Source of the DNA: Lama guanicoe
Lineage: Eukaryota
Length of the DNA stretch: 64,000 nucleotides
Direction of reading: 5' to 3'
Assembly (NCBI GenBank): GCA_013239625.1
Contig: MU054187.1
Coordinates: forward strand, 17,166,711 to 17,230,710
Below are positions 13,061-26,233 of the stretch, piece after piece. Numbering within the stretch: position 1 is the first letter of the stretch; each line of letters starts with the position of its first letter. The translations under genes and the position numbers were made by a program. The notes under the pieces were generated by a model. The model was not told the origin of the DNA, did no database searches, and was given only the letters and a program-made list of their open reading frames with translations.

Positions 13061-16000
13061 GCATTCAAGCCAGGGAGAAAAGGAAGGCAAGCAGCCCAGG
13101 AACCTCCCTAAGACCTGTTCACGTCTTGGACCTTGGATCAATTTGATCTTCAGATTTGCTAAGTATCAGGGGTCACTAGAGTCTTAAATAGGTTCCACTT
13201 CTATCATGATGATGCCTATTCTGTTCCCTTCACAATGTGCTACTGAAATCCCACGAAATTTGAGACATGCTTGGTCCTGAGGCTGGAGCCAAATGATCCT
13301 GCTGAAAATGCCGATCTCCATGCCTCCACCCCAGGCTTGGTTTTAGTATATATACCTACATATAAAGATGCATACATTTAGTGTATAGAATGTTACTTTG
13401 TATGAAATAAGTGGCTCTGCCTGTGTGCACATTAAAACCAAGGCAACTTGAAAATGTAAATATTTGCCAAATTACGCCTGGCGTGGAAAGAAAGGAATTT
13501 ATAAAAAGGGGTGAAAGTAAAACTTTAATATCTTTACCAAATATCTACATCACACACACACACAAAGAGAGGAAACATTTCATTTTTTAAAGTTTCTCTG
13601 ATCCTCTCATTTTGGTTTAATCTTTTTTCTTTGGGTCCATTTGTTTTAAATATACCCCAGTCACTGGTCTATATTGACCTTATTCAGCCTTTTGTTGAAT
13701 AAATACTAGTAGTCTATAAAATACTTAGAATAAATTATTATGTAATAATTAGTAAATCTGTTTTCTCTTTTCTTATTTTCTAAATTAATATGACATAACT
13801 AAAAACATAAATTAATATGATATAACTTTGGCAACACATACCTTCATTTTAGAACAGGTACAATGAACCAGAAAAATGGATTTACAGAATTCTAGTCCCT
13901 ATCCTTAGAACTGTTCATAAATCAAAGAAATAAACGTGAAGGTGAAGAGAAAATTTACGGTAGATGTTTACGGGATGCAGAGTTCCCCTCAGGGTTTCTG
14001 GGTTCTTCAGCTCTGCATTCATATCTGTGCCAGAAACAGAAGATGGAGCCCTTGATGGGTATCAGAGTGGCAGTACCAGGGGACGGTGTGTAGCTCTAAA
14101 GGGCAAAGAAGATAGCGGTTTATGGGGAGGAAAGAGTGGAAAGAACACGCACAACTTTGGAGAATTTAACATGGGACTTGAACAGTGAACCCTGTGTTGA
14201 TAAGTGCTCAGGTATAAAACACTATGTCTGGAAGCTGGAATCAGTAAGAATAAATGGTCAATGGTGGGGATGCACAGGTGCCCTGAGAGGAAGTAATTCC
14301 TACTTGAGACCACCTTTTGCAGGTATGTGCATTACAACGCAGGCTCGAAAGAAACGTGCCCTCATGGAATCTTCCCTCCCCACTCCCGCTACTTGCCAGT
14401 CTACCTTCATGTTTTTTGACTATGGACATTTGTGGCCTTTTATTGGTTTATTTTCCCCTTGGTAAACTCGACCTTTTTTTAAAGAATTTGGTCTCTGCTA
14501 GGAATAGAAATAACTGATGCAGCTATAATCATTGCTATTCATCTCTTGGAAATACTGGGACATAAAAAAAAATGTCAGTTGCCTTATTTTACTGAATCGT
14601 AACCAGACGGTAATGGTTTTCTCATTTTTACCAATCAGCATAATTTTGGAACACACTAAGCTGCATATTATAGGATATATTTTTTGAGCTTTTTCCTACT
14701 AGCTAATCGACTTTTGACCAATGTGTTAAATTAAAAAGAAATTTGCCACATATTATCTTCAGCACTTTATCCCACAGCAGATTTCAGTGTGGCAAAATAG
14801 AAGCTGGACGGAGGATGTGGAAGCAAGAACAAAAAAAGAAATAATAAGAATAGGGTTTCTTATATAATCAAAAAGGAGATAAGGCTTTACTCCAAAACTT
14901 GTTCCAAAGTCGGGAGTGGCAGATCATAACATCATTTTTGCACTGTATACTCAGGAGTATTTAGTATATTAAAAAAAAATGCATGTTATCCAAAGTCACT
15001 GACTATGAAGATGCCTGTGCTTTAAGGACCTTGGAAATCATGAGTCATTAGAAATTAAATATTGAAATTTTATTTTAGAGACTAAAAATCAACCACAAAA
15101 AAAAATCTTAGTTTCTTCGGCGTTCTTTCTATCTGCCACATCATTCACTCCCAAAGAGAGAAGGATTTGTTATTGCAACACACTGAACTGCATAACACAG
15201 GATAGGTTTTACGTTCTATACACGCTTAGCCTTTGTGGAAATATACTTTCCAATTTATAACAGGAAATCCAATTCTATAAAAATCTAATTATTTCATATG
15301 GTGGACTCAGCATGACTCTCCCCTCCACGCCTTCCCCCTTTACTTGGCTGGGTGATGAGTGTATTTCCTCTAGGGTTTATATTTTTTTTTTCAACCCAGC
15401 TACATTTTGAGAACACACACGCAAAAAGGGATTTGGCACACATCTTTTCCCATCTCCTTTCGGTAATTATAGTTAATGAAACGACGTGTGTTTTTTCACT
15501 TGTGTGGTCTTCTGGAAAATAAGAGTTTATTTTATTCCAAAAAATGTCATTGCAGTATTTTGGCTGGTTCGTTGTTATTATCTTTTTCAAGGGTAACAAG
15601 CAGATTCATTCCAAAAATATGTTAATAATTATGGTATTAACCAAGAAAGAAATTGCTGTACTTCAGAATTAACATTCATCTTCTGTGGTTCTGCTCTGCA
15701 GTAACTGGGTCATCAGTCTGGGTGTGCCTGCTTAGCATGCATTTACTATCCATGTGTATTCCCTCACCTAGAGGCCTGATATTTTTAATGAGATTATATC
15801 AAAGGATGGAAAGGTTGGCGAGTGGTAACATCATTTTATTGGATAATTCCCAGAACTCTGATCCATTTCAGTGAGGCAATTAAGACTGCTAACTACAATA
15901 AATGATACTGAGAGATTATAGAGGTTTTCCTGCATGAGTGCATAGTTTAAAAAATAATTTAGGTTTATTTAACATAAAAAAAAAAAACTTCCAGAGAGGA

Positions 16001-19000
16001 AAATAGTGGGGTTTTTTTTTTTCTTTTTTTTTCTTTTCATTTTTCAATTTAGCTGAATGCAAAGGAGCGATTTTCTCTTCCTGGGCCTTTGTGGCACTTT
16101 TGTGCACTCTGATGATAAATGATTTCTTTGAGGTATCCTGCTCAAAGAAGGAGATTTTAATTGTACGCTTTTCCTACTGATACCTATAAGGTTCATTAGC
16201 ATTAAACCCACTACGGTGGGCAGCTGGGGAAGACTATGAAGCCTGCATGGTAGCCCGTGAAAAGCTCCGTGCACTTAGCCTCCTTCTCCCTTGTCGGCTT
16301 ATTACTGCCACTGCCTCCAAAGACAATAGGAGAGTTCTTAAAAAACAAACACAGGAAATCAAAGTTTGTTGTCTTGAAGAGTTAATTCTGACAGAGAGGT
16401 GACCTTTATCCCTACCTACTCATCCTTTTTTTTTATTTTATTTTATTTTATTTTTTTATCAAGCCTCTCCAAAGGGACTCATCATATGCAGGGCTCTATG
16501 AAGAGAAAAAGAAGAGCATTGTCCTTATCACCTCCTTCCAGAAAGTGGCAGAGTAATAGGACTTTGTAAGGCAGAATGAAGCCCAGTCTGATGGCTGCTG
16601 ATTAAAAATTGACTCTGCCACATCAAAGAGGAGTTGAAGGTGAAAATGATGATCACTTCCCTCTCCCAGGGACCCTGCACCATTTCTTTTATTCAACCTT
16701 GAAAGGTTCTTTCTGAATAAGATAATATCCCTCGAGTCCATTCTGCCTTGGCAGCATGGAAAAATGTAGATCAGTATGCCTATTCTTTATGGAAAAAAAT
16801 GGGATTTTGTTAATGACATAGCACTGTAAAGTGATGGCTTGTATGTGGTAAATGCTGAGAAATTAATTATAAAATGCTTCTTAGACTGCAGATGAAATTA
16901 ATTGCTGAGATGTAGCTACTAAAAGACCACCATAAACCTGAACGTCCTTTACTGCCTTTTTCCTGATTATTTTCACTTTTAGCCTGAATATCGTTGCCTA
17001 CGCTCCTTCTTTATTTTCACATTTGAAAAAACCCTGAATTCTCAGAAAGGTTGTCATCTGTAGTATAATACTCTTCTACATAAAAGCAAAAGTAGCTCTT
17101 TTTTTTTTTTTGTCAAAATGTATTTATTATAGGGCTGTATTTCCTGAATGTCTTACGCTGCCCATTTGGAAATACAGTCCCCAGAGCATCTAAATATATA
17201 AATATACATGTATATATAACTGTAGATACACACAGAGGTATAGTCTAACGAGACTAACACATATATGCATACAGAGTTGAAAGATCTGTGAAGGAAGATT
17301 TTACAAAACATTTATGTGTTTATAAACAAATGCAGAATATGCGTCTAACACCAAAATGTCAAAGACAGATGGAGAAAACATTTTATGCTACTTGCAAAAT
17401 ACAAAAACAGGCTTATGTACAGAATTCATTGAGATCTGATCCACAGGAAAGGTTTTCACACTTTCCTTTTAGGTTTTCCTATTAACTCTCACTTGCATTA
17501 GGGCAGGCACATTTCCAAGCAGGCTCTCTCTAGCTGCCTCACTTCCGTCTACAGTCGTATAAATCATTGATTTCTCTTGGATTACGATAGAAATTCAAAA
17601 CACACTATAAAATTGGTGAGTAATTAAAGTTCTTCATAAAGACTTGAACTTAATGTATACATTGAAAATGAGTAAGTGGAAGCCATGAATTTGGTAAATG
17701 AAATATTTTGAAGCATTAATTTTCTAACTAGTTTTAGGAATCATTTAGGTAACAGAGTATGTGATTTATAGGTCCAGAGCTATGCATCGCACAAGGTTTA
17801 TACACAGAAGATAATTTTAAATCTCAGAATGAGTTCAGATGTATAAGATGAGGTACTTTTAAGCCCAGTATATATAATCAAGTTTATTACAGTATTTCTG
17901 ATATTATCTTCTTGTGACATTTAAATAAAATCCACTTTTTGACATGGTAGAAATTATGATATAAAATTATATTAGAAAACAGCAGGTAAACTACTAATGG
18001 CATTAAGATTTAAGAATAGATTTTATTGTCATCGCTTCAATGCCAAGCTGAATTCAGCTATAGTTGGAAGTACATTATTTGAGTCAATGTTTACCTCGAA
18101 TATCTGTTTATTTGTTTGCTTTTTAATATTTGGTTCCCAAAACTACCTAGGTTTATTTTTAATGGAGATCTCTGATGACAACCTCTCCAAATTACAAAAT
18201 CTAAGAAAATGGCCTTCAGAGAAAAATAAAGTTTAATATAATTTTATCACTGGTTTTCATTACACAGCAATATATTTCATATTAAAATGTGACAAGAAAT
18301 GCAGTCAAGATATTTAAACTTTAATTTACTCTTATTTCTAAACTTTATTATATTAATTATATTATATTTTCTTAGAAGTTATAGAATCATTAGTATAAAA
18401 ATATGGTCTTTTAAATGCTTTTCTACTTTCTTACAAAAATTTTTAATATTCCCAATCAAATTAAAATGAATTTTTTGTCTAATATTTATAGCTGCAATCT
18501 AGTTTCACCTAAGGCATGTATTCTTTTTCAACAAAAAAGAAATTAAGAGAGAAAGCTACATTAATTTTGTTTTTTGTTTTTTGCTTTAAATAATCCTTAT
18601 TTTTAAAATTCCATTGGTCCTTAACCTTTGGAAATTAGGGGTCATTTTTGGTTTGTTTTTGTTTACCTAAAATCTTCATTAATGTCTAGTACATAGAGAG
18701 TTTTCAAAAGTATTTTTCATGAATAGTCCTAATAAGTAAAAACTTTAAAAATATTAGACTCACAGAGGATTAAGTAAAAACTTATGTCAAAATGGTCAGA
18801 TCAACTTTCATATTGCGACTATAAACCCAGCTAAATTAAATTCATTTGTCAAAGATCTCGTCAGCATCTTCAGAAAAGAGATACAATGATTTATATTGGT
18901 TATTAGAGTTCAGATATGATATACCAACAACTTCATTCTAATTAGAATGTCTGTTTTGAGATGACAACCCAATCATTCCCCAAGCATATCTGGCTCACGT

Positions 19001-19072
19001 TGCCCCTCTGAACCATGATGCTGATGCAAAACTCATGGATTTGGGGGAGTTCATAAATTGCTGCTCAAGTCC

Positions 19073-19289
19073 CAGATTTCTCCACTTTGGCATGATTGAT
19101 ATTTGAGACAAATCGTTTTCTGTTGTGAGGGACTGTCCTGGGGCCTCTCTCCCTATTTGATGGGTGAAGCTTTCCTCCCCCAACCTGTGGCCAGTTGCGA
19201 GAGCCATTAATGTCTCCAGACATTACTAAGTGTGCCCTGGACAACACAATTTCCACCCAACCCACACACCTGGCCACTGAGAACCACTG
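19073..19289. mobile_element. MER20 hAT-Charlie DNA transposon
   Basis: ttggcatgattgatatttg...tgttgtgagggactgtcctg...aatgtctccagacattactaagtgtgccctgg...tgagaaccactg terminus. Confidence 0.75.
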
Positions 19290-21013
19290 GTCTCATCCCA
19301 CAGAGCCGGAGGACCACCTGATGTTACTACAAGAAGACCAAAAGGAAACCCTAAGAAAATTCTGCTGCTTGAATTTGGTTGGTTTCTGGAGTTTTAAACT
19401 GGTCTTTGTGTACTACTACCATGGAATATCTCATGGCAAACCCTATTCACATTCCTCATTATTCTGCCCACTAAGTTTCAGAAGTATCTTCAAAGTCATA
19501 CATCATTGTTTTGGCATATTTCTTATCAACTGAATTATGTGTATTATAACATGGTAGACAGTATCACTATTCTTTGCCACTTTACTCCAATCTCTACTTT
19601 CATTATTTCATTATATTAGATCCGATTTTTCCTCTGGGTCTGGGTGTGATTACGAAGTTTTCACAATTGTTAAGTGAATATACAATCTCATTTCATTAGT
19701 TGAAATTCACTTTACTTTGTTTTAAGGTTTTGGCATCAAACTCAACTCAGAGTGATCCTCCCCTGTTCTACTACTTCTTGAATTAGAGGTAGAGTGATGT
19801 GTTCTGGCTCTAAGATCCCTCCTGGACTCTTCATATTTTTTTTTCAGGTGCATTCTCTTCTGGGGTTAGGGATAAGAAAAAAGAATAAAACAATCACAGG
19901 TCATCTTACCTGAATGCCCAGGTGACACTGGTAGGATGAATCTTTGACCTTGTTCTGGCTCAGTCTATTTTCCTTTGCTTGATGCTGTGGGCATCTGATA
20001 ATTTGGTGGTTCCAAGTAAATTGTGTGTGTGTATGTGTATGTGTGTGTGTTTGCTAGACTGTATTGCACTCTCCAGCCTGTGCAAAAGAATCCTTTCTGA
20101 GAGACATCATCTCTTGCCTTCACCCTGCCAGAAACAGAGGACCCCAACCCTTTATAGGTGTCCCAAGCCCCTCACTTGACTCAGGAACCATCTGCCAAAT
20201 GCCATTGATCCTGCCTCTTTTCTAGCCTACATTTTCATTCTTGTATGACCACTGGAACAAATGGGGTTCTCTTCTGCTTACTCACGGTGCTGCAGTTTTA
20301 GACTGAAATGAGAGTTCCCAAGTATATTGCAACACAGTCTCTTCAGGCCAGACTGGGATTGGCCACTCTGTAGATTTCTTACTTTCAGCTACCCAAAGAC
20401 CACATGCAAGCTCCATTTCAGATTTAGAAATTTCCTCAAGTCTCAGAGAATAAAATGTTAATAATGCCACTCATATTCCCCATCATTGGGAAGTAGGATT
20501 AAAAATAAACACATCTGATGATTGAGGCTCCCAGAACAATCCCAGAGAAATCCCTTCTCATATACTGTGTTGTGTTGGAGTAAGAAGGGGTTTGAGGGTT
20601 TGACAGTACTACAGCTCAGATGGGAGGGGAGTGTCTCCTTATTAACGCCACTAATATTGAGGACTAACCCTGGGATCTCTACTCACTTGGATTCATGGAG
20701 AGAACAATTCTCACCTGGAATAAAATACTCTACAACAGACTGACCTCTTTCACTCATAGTTGTCTCTGCAAGCCTTGTGTGGAGGTGACTTGTCCCAGTT
20801 GATGAGTGCCTTCTTTGATGGCCATTTTCTTCCACTTAGGATCTCGACTACATTTTAGGACATAGGGAGAGTCTCCAATATGCTATCCTGTTTCCTGTGC
20901 TTGAATGTTGAGTGTGTGTTCTTCCCCTTTGGGATCTATATTAAGGAGGATTGATTTGTTTCTTAATTTGATACTGGCAAGGAAGAAAAACTTGACCTTG
21001 TATCTTACACAAT

Positions 21014-21451
21014 TGTGATGGTTAATTTTATGTGTCCAGTCGGAGGGTACTTTTGAATGAGATTAACATTTAAACATGTGAACTTTGGGTAAAGAAGTTT
21101 GCCCTCTTTCATAGGAATGGTCCTTTTCTAATCAGCTGAAGGTCTGAGCAGAACAAAATAACCAGCATCCCTGAGCAAAAGAAATTTCTCCGGTAGATTG
21201 CCTTGGGGATTCATCTGCTGGTAGGACCTCCTGAGTCTCCACCAGCCAGCGTTTGGACTGGAAGTGCACCCCTAGCAACTCTCGGTCTCAACTGCAGAGA
21301 CCCATACCACTGGCCCACACTAAAGATTTTGGACTTCTCAGCTCCCATAATCGTGTGAGCTAATTCCTTATAATAAATCATATATATATATATATATATC
21401 TATATATATATCTTATTGGTTCTGTTTCTCTAGAGAACCCTGACTAATACA
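21014..21451 (+). mobile_element. ERVL solo LTR (MLT2 family)
   Basis: tgtgatggttaattttatgtgtc...ccttataataaatc(TA)n...ttggttctgtttctctagagaaccctgactaataca. 5-bp TSD acaat/ataat. Confidence 0.85.
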
Positions 21452-21915
21452 ATAATTAAGAAAAAAGGGGCTCATCTATATTGCATTTTATATTCATTAA
21501 AATATACAAAGGATCTAAATTAATTTCCCAGATTAAAATTACTTTCCACTTCCAAACTATACTATAATAGAGTGCTGAAATTCTAATTAGTGCTTCTCTT
21601 TAATTGGCAAGGGTGTCAGGGCATAAGTTCAGTTTCTATCTATGCCTTTGACACATGGTAACCTTGGACACCAGCTATCTCTCATATTTTGTAAGGGGTA
21701 TGTTCTAGTCCTCTTTGTGGAATATATGTATGTGTACATACATGAACATATTCATATATAGAATATATATATATATATATATATTCAGTGTGGCCTCAGG
21801 TCTTAGTTTGGAACTCCATTCCAAGCAAAAAAAATCCTTCATAAAGACTTAACCACTTTTGTTTCAAAAATTCTATTTTTCTGCTGTAAGAATAGTTATT
21901 AAATTATTATTAGTG

Positions 21916-22047
21916 ATCGGCTCTCTCTCTTGCCTTCCAAGATGGCCTGCACTCTGTCTATAGAGTGTGTATCTACCTTTACTTAACTCCCCTGCCCCAA
22001 CACTGCTGTACATCTCTCTAAACAAATCTACCTTTACTAAAAAAAAA
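21916..22047 (+). mobile_element. Polyadenylated retrocopy of an ERV1-type LTR R region
   Basis: Aligns to the reverse complement of about 60325-60490. Ends ctaaacaaatctacctttact + A9. Flanked by aaattattattagtg (21901-21915) / aaatcgttattagtg (22045-22059). Confidence 0.75.
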
Positions 22048-22866
22048 TCGTTATTAGTGGTAAAAATGTCATCTATGATTATGCCAAAAACTAGAGAAGT
22101 TTCATCATTATAGGACTGGTTGATTTTTTTCATCTACACATTTTTCAGTGTTGTTGTAGTTATTAATATTTTTTTATTTTATTTTATTTCCAAATCACTC
22201 CAGCACACCATGTGCATTTTTTCTTTGAAACTGATATATAATGCATTTAAATCTGGTAATGGCCTAAGACTTCCACTCTGAGTTGAGTGGTGAATTAAAA
22301 TTCTTAATAAGTTTTAAGCATTTGTGATTTGCTAGAGTGCTTGATACTTCTCAAGAGAGGGAATGTTTGAAAACAAATATGATAACAAGATGATACTATA
22401 TTACAGGACTTTATGCTCCATGTTAAGACAGGAAGGAAGTTCCACTGTATTTTATGGTGATATATTCTAGGCAAATATTTATTACAATATAGAAAGTTAA
22501 GTAACTTTAAAAAAATACACAGGTGATTTGTAAATGAAACACAAATTGTTTCTGAGCCATTCCTAGTACTGTGTTCATAATCTCTGCCTTTGTCTCTTCA
22601 AAGTTGTATGAGCCAGTTGAAAGAAAATAAGTGAGTTAAATTTGCAGAAGGTATAAGCAGGATATATAGCAATTAATTTTGATGACCAACTAGACTGGTA
22701 GGCCAAATCATGCATAAAGGATTATAATAGGAATACAAATAAAAGCCTGAATTTTTTCTACACTCAGAATCAGTATGAGAGAGTAGTTCTTGAGTAATCT
22801 CCATTGGACAAGCTATACTGGAGGATATGTCTTCAGATTTAAGAAATATAAACCCACATTTGCATG

Positions 22867-23342
22867 TGTTGTGGGTTGGATTGTGTCCCTCCAAAAGATA
22901 TGTTCAAGTTTTAATCCCTGGAAACTGTGAGTTTGACCTTATTTTCAAATAGGATCTTTGTAGATAAAATATGAAGGGGCCGTATTGCATTAGGGCATAC
23001 TACATATGTGTCCTTATAATAAGAGGACCTTTTGGATACAGGCAGAGACAGACTGGAGAACGCCATGTGAAGATACATAAAGAGAGGAAAACCACGTGAA
23101 GATAAAGACAGAGGCTGGAGTGGTATTGCTACAAACCAGGGAACACCAATAGTGCTAACAACCGTCAGAAACTAAGACAAGGCAAGTAGGAATTCTCTCC
23201 TATAACCTTCAGGGAAAGGAGGCCCTATCATCACATTGGTTTTGGACTTCTAGCCCACAGAACTTTGAGAGGATATATTTCTATTGTTTCCAATCACCTA
23301 GTTTGTGGTTATTTGTTATTATAGCCTTAGGAAGCTAATGCA
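22867..23342 (+). mobile_element. MaLR solo LTR (MLT1C-like)
   Basis: tgttgtgggttggattgtgtccctccaaaagatatgttcaagt...ttttggacttctagcccacagaact...agccttaggaagctaatgca. 5-bp TSD gcatg/gcata. Confidence 0.85.
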
Positions 23343-24689
23343 GCATATATTTAAGAAAAAAAATGACCAAGATTCTGCTGTGTGGAGCAGATAAATGCCA
23401 AGGGAATTTTTAGTCTGGAGAGATGTAACTAAAGACAGACGTGGCAAATCTCAAATGAAGGACCATGCATCTTCTAATCATTTCAATAAGTGGAATAAGG
23501 ATCAATGAACTGTAAATATATGAAGAAAGATTATGGTCCAGCACCAGAATTTATGAATGCTTAGTATCCCATAAAATGGAATAATTCTTCTTAGCAGAAC
23601 TAAATTTCTAACCATGTGAACTTAGTAAGATTACTAAGTAAGAACTCTTAGTAAACTGATTGGAACCTGCCTGATATTTGAGTTTCCTGCCATTTTTGAA
23701 ATTTTGTAATTCAGGAAAATGGGATAACAATCTGTTATCTTAAATAGGTAGTCATTCATATCACAATCTTGTTTCTACCTTAAATTTTAATCAGCCACTT
23801 AGAACATGGTTTTCGAATGCCTCCACACATTGTGTTTTTTTGGTGACTATGTGGGAAAGAAAAGTAGTTATGAAGCCTGCTCACAGGGAGCTTATATTTA
23901 AGATAAAAAGACAGGCATTTAACTAAAGAATTACCATGCATCTGGATAAGTTTTACACTGGAGTAATATTTATCTACTCTTGGGAGCCCAAAATGAAGAG
24001 AACCATTTCTCTTTGTGGAAGAAATCATCCAGAAAATGGTTCGGTTCCATAATTCCACAGGAGTACTGATGTGCACTGAAGTGATAAAAGGAGAAAAGAA
24101 CATTCTAGGAGAAGAAAAGAAGATTAATTAATGCAGAAAAGTAATAAAGAACATAATAGAATCAGAAAACTGCATTACAGTTTGGGGAGATATTAGGAAG
24201 TAAAGTCGGAACAAAGATGACGATTAATTTGATTGGGACTCTAAAGTGCATCTCACTAAGGACAGGGAATGTCAGTGGAACAGGTGACAACCCATTTGCT
24301 CCCAAGCCTTCCAGATCAAATTGAGCTGAGCATTAAGGAAGCTCCACTGTAAGCAGGAGTGGTCCATAACATGAGAGTCACTTTCCCACCAGCTTTTAAT
24401 TAAGGACTGTGGTATTTCACTGGAAGAATCAGGACTCCGATATTTTGTTCTGTTCTGTTTTAATCTTCTGTTCCCAGCTACATTTTGCAGAGGATAAAAA
24501 CCCTCCTTCATTTTTTTTTCTCTAAAAGGGTTCGAGTTTAATTGGAGCAATCAATGTCCCAGGGCATTTACAACAACAGTAACAGAGTAAGTCAGCAATT
24601 AAAGGAGCCTAGGAGATAGATAGGAAACCAAAAGAGGAACACAGCTTGACAGAGATCAGGGAAAGATCCAGTCAAACATAATCTTTTTA

Positions 24690-25480
24690 AAAACACCGTT
24701 ATTCCAGGATGGCATGAACATGTCCAAGGCTGTGTCCTCTGGGGAGTGACATCAGAGTCTTAACACTGTGAACAAAATATACTTTGCTGAAGTAGCTCAA
24801 CAGAGTCACTAAAAAATGAAATAAGAAATAAAAAAGAAATAAGAAAAAAATAAGTTTGGGAAGGAGATCTTTACCTGAACTAGCTATAATAAATTATGAA
24901 AAATACCTAGTTTTTGGAGTAAAATATTATAAGACATGGAAAGAAACAGGAAAATTTGAAAAGAAATCAGTAGAAAATGTCTGTGAAATGTCTAAGTACA
25001 AGATTCAACTGACAAAAATGTAAAGCAGTATTTATAAATATGCTCAAAGAAATAAAAAAGACCATGCTGAAAGAAATAAAGGAAGTCTTGATGACAAGAT
25101 CTTACCAAATAGAGAATGAACAGAGAGTTAGAAATTATTTTGAAAAGATCCAATTAGAAACCTGGAATTCAAAGCTGCAGATGAATACATCTTGTATTTA
25201 GAGGATCCTAAGGATTTCATGAAAAATTACAAGAGCTGGTAAATGAGTTCAGCCAGTTTGCAGGAAAAGATAAATATACAAAAATTAATTACATTTTTGG
25301 ACAGAAAATATGAAATTTGTAAAAATATATACAAAAGCACAACTTCTATAATGGCCATAAACAATCTCAAAATGCAAATGAGAAAAAAAAGTCTGTTTAT
25401 AGTAGCATGAAAAACAATAATATATTTAACAAAAGAAATGCAAAACTTATTCTGGAGATCACATTAAAGGCATTGATGGC
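24690..25480 (+). mobile_element. Old L1 fragment: ORF1 5' part joined to the ORF2 RT region
   Basis: ORF1-like aaatatgctcaaagaaataaaaaagaccatg...aaatagagaat is followed at about 25177 by gcagatgaatacatcttgtatttagaggatcctaag (ADEYILYLEDPK..ELVNEFSQFAG, compare L1 RT FADDMILYLENPK..ELINEFSKVAG). Confidence 0.75.
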
Positions 25481-25489
25481 GTCTAAGAA

Positions 25490-25915
25490 CAGGACTGATG
25501 AGATCAGAATCACGTTTAAGAAGATCATTTTGGCTACAAGTGAAGAATTGCTTAGGTCATGAAACTGAAGGTAGATCAATTAGAAGGCAGCAGTACTAAT
25601 CCATGAGAGATTATGGTGGCCTGAATTAGGATATTGCAGTGGAACTGGAAAGGATAATCAACAGTCAAAAAAGTGTCAGTATGGTCAAACCAGAAACCTT
25701 GGTGAAATTGATTATGACTAGTGAGAAATACGAAGAAATCTCACATTATTCACAGGGTTCAGCCAGTATTCATGTCACCAAATGAACAGTGGGCCAGATG
25801 AACTTGCCAAAGAACCCCAAAGAGGAGCAAATTTAGGGTTAAGATTAAAGGTTTCATTCATATTTCTATCCTTTGAGTTTAAAACACGTGTCAGAAGTTA
25901 AGTGGGGATGACCCA
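25490..25915 (-). mobile_element. L2 remnant
   Basis: tttaagaagatcattttggctac...caattagaaggcagcagtactaatccatgagagattatggtggcctgaattagg is a typical antisense L2 stretch. Confidence 0.55.
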
Positions 25916-25925
25916 GGATTTTGGA

Positions 25926-26076
25926 CCAAAGTGTGATCCAACAGCATCAGAATCACATGGAGGTGTTTTAGAAAAGTAGGATTTCAGACCACCTTCTAGA
26001 ACAACTGAGTCAGGGTCTGCATTTTTAGAAAGAGCTCCAGTGATTTTTACGCACATTAATATTTGAGAGGTATTGC
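25926..26076. mobile_element. MER5A-like DNA transposon
   Basis: caaagtgtg...cagcatcagaatcacatggagg...actgagtcagggtctgcattttta...gtgatttttacgcacattaatatttgaga. Confidence 0.65.
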
Positions 26077-26175
26077 TCTAACAGACTACTGGTTGTGTAA
26101 GTCCAAAGCTGAGTAGGGAAGTCTGAGTTGAAACTAAGGACATTATCATGAATAAAACCGTAAGTTTGTGATGAA

Positions 26176-26233
26176 TACTGGAATTTGACACAACACTGTA
26201 AAATGATTATGAATCAATAAAAAATGTAAAAAA
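26176..26233 (+). mobile_element. Very short camelid-type L1 3' tip with TSD
   Basis: actggaatttgacacaacactgtaaaatgattatgaatcaataaaaaatgt + A tail. TSD aaaaccgtaagtttgtgatgaa (26154-26175) / aaaaccataagtaatgatgaa (26234-26254). Confidence 0.8.

Noticed and set aside
13781..13827. Short direct repeats (taaattaatatgacataact x2; also taagtaaaaactt at 18733/18771, agtgatcaaaa near 40408/40424, tgtggaattaca near 40552/40566)
   Set aside because: Two-copy local slippage duplications; no array or spacer structure, so not CRISPR-like.
23620..23639. 9-bp inverted repeat acttagtaa-ga-ttactaagt
   Set aside because: Short, AT-rich and plausible by chance in 64 kb.
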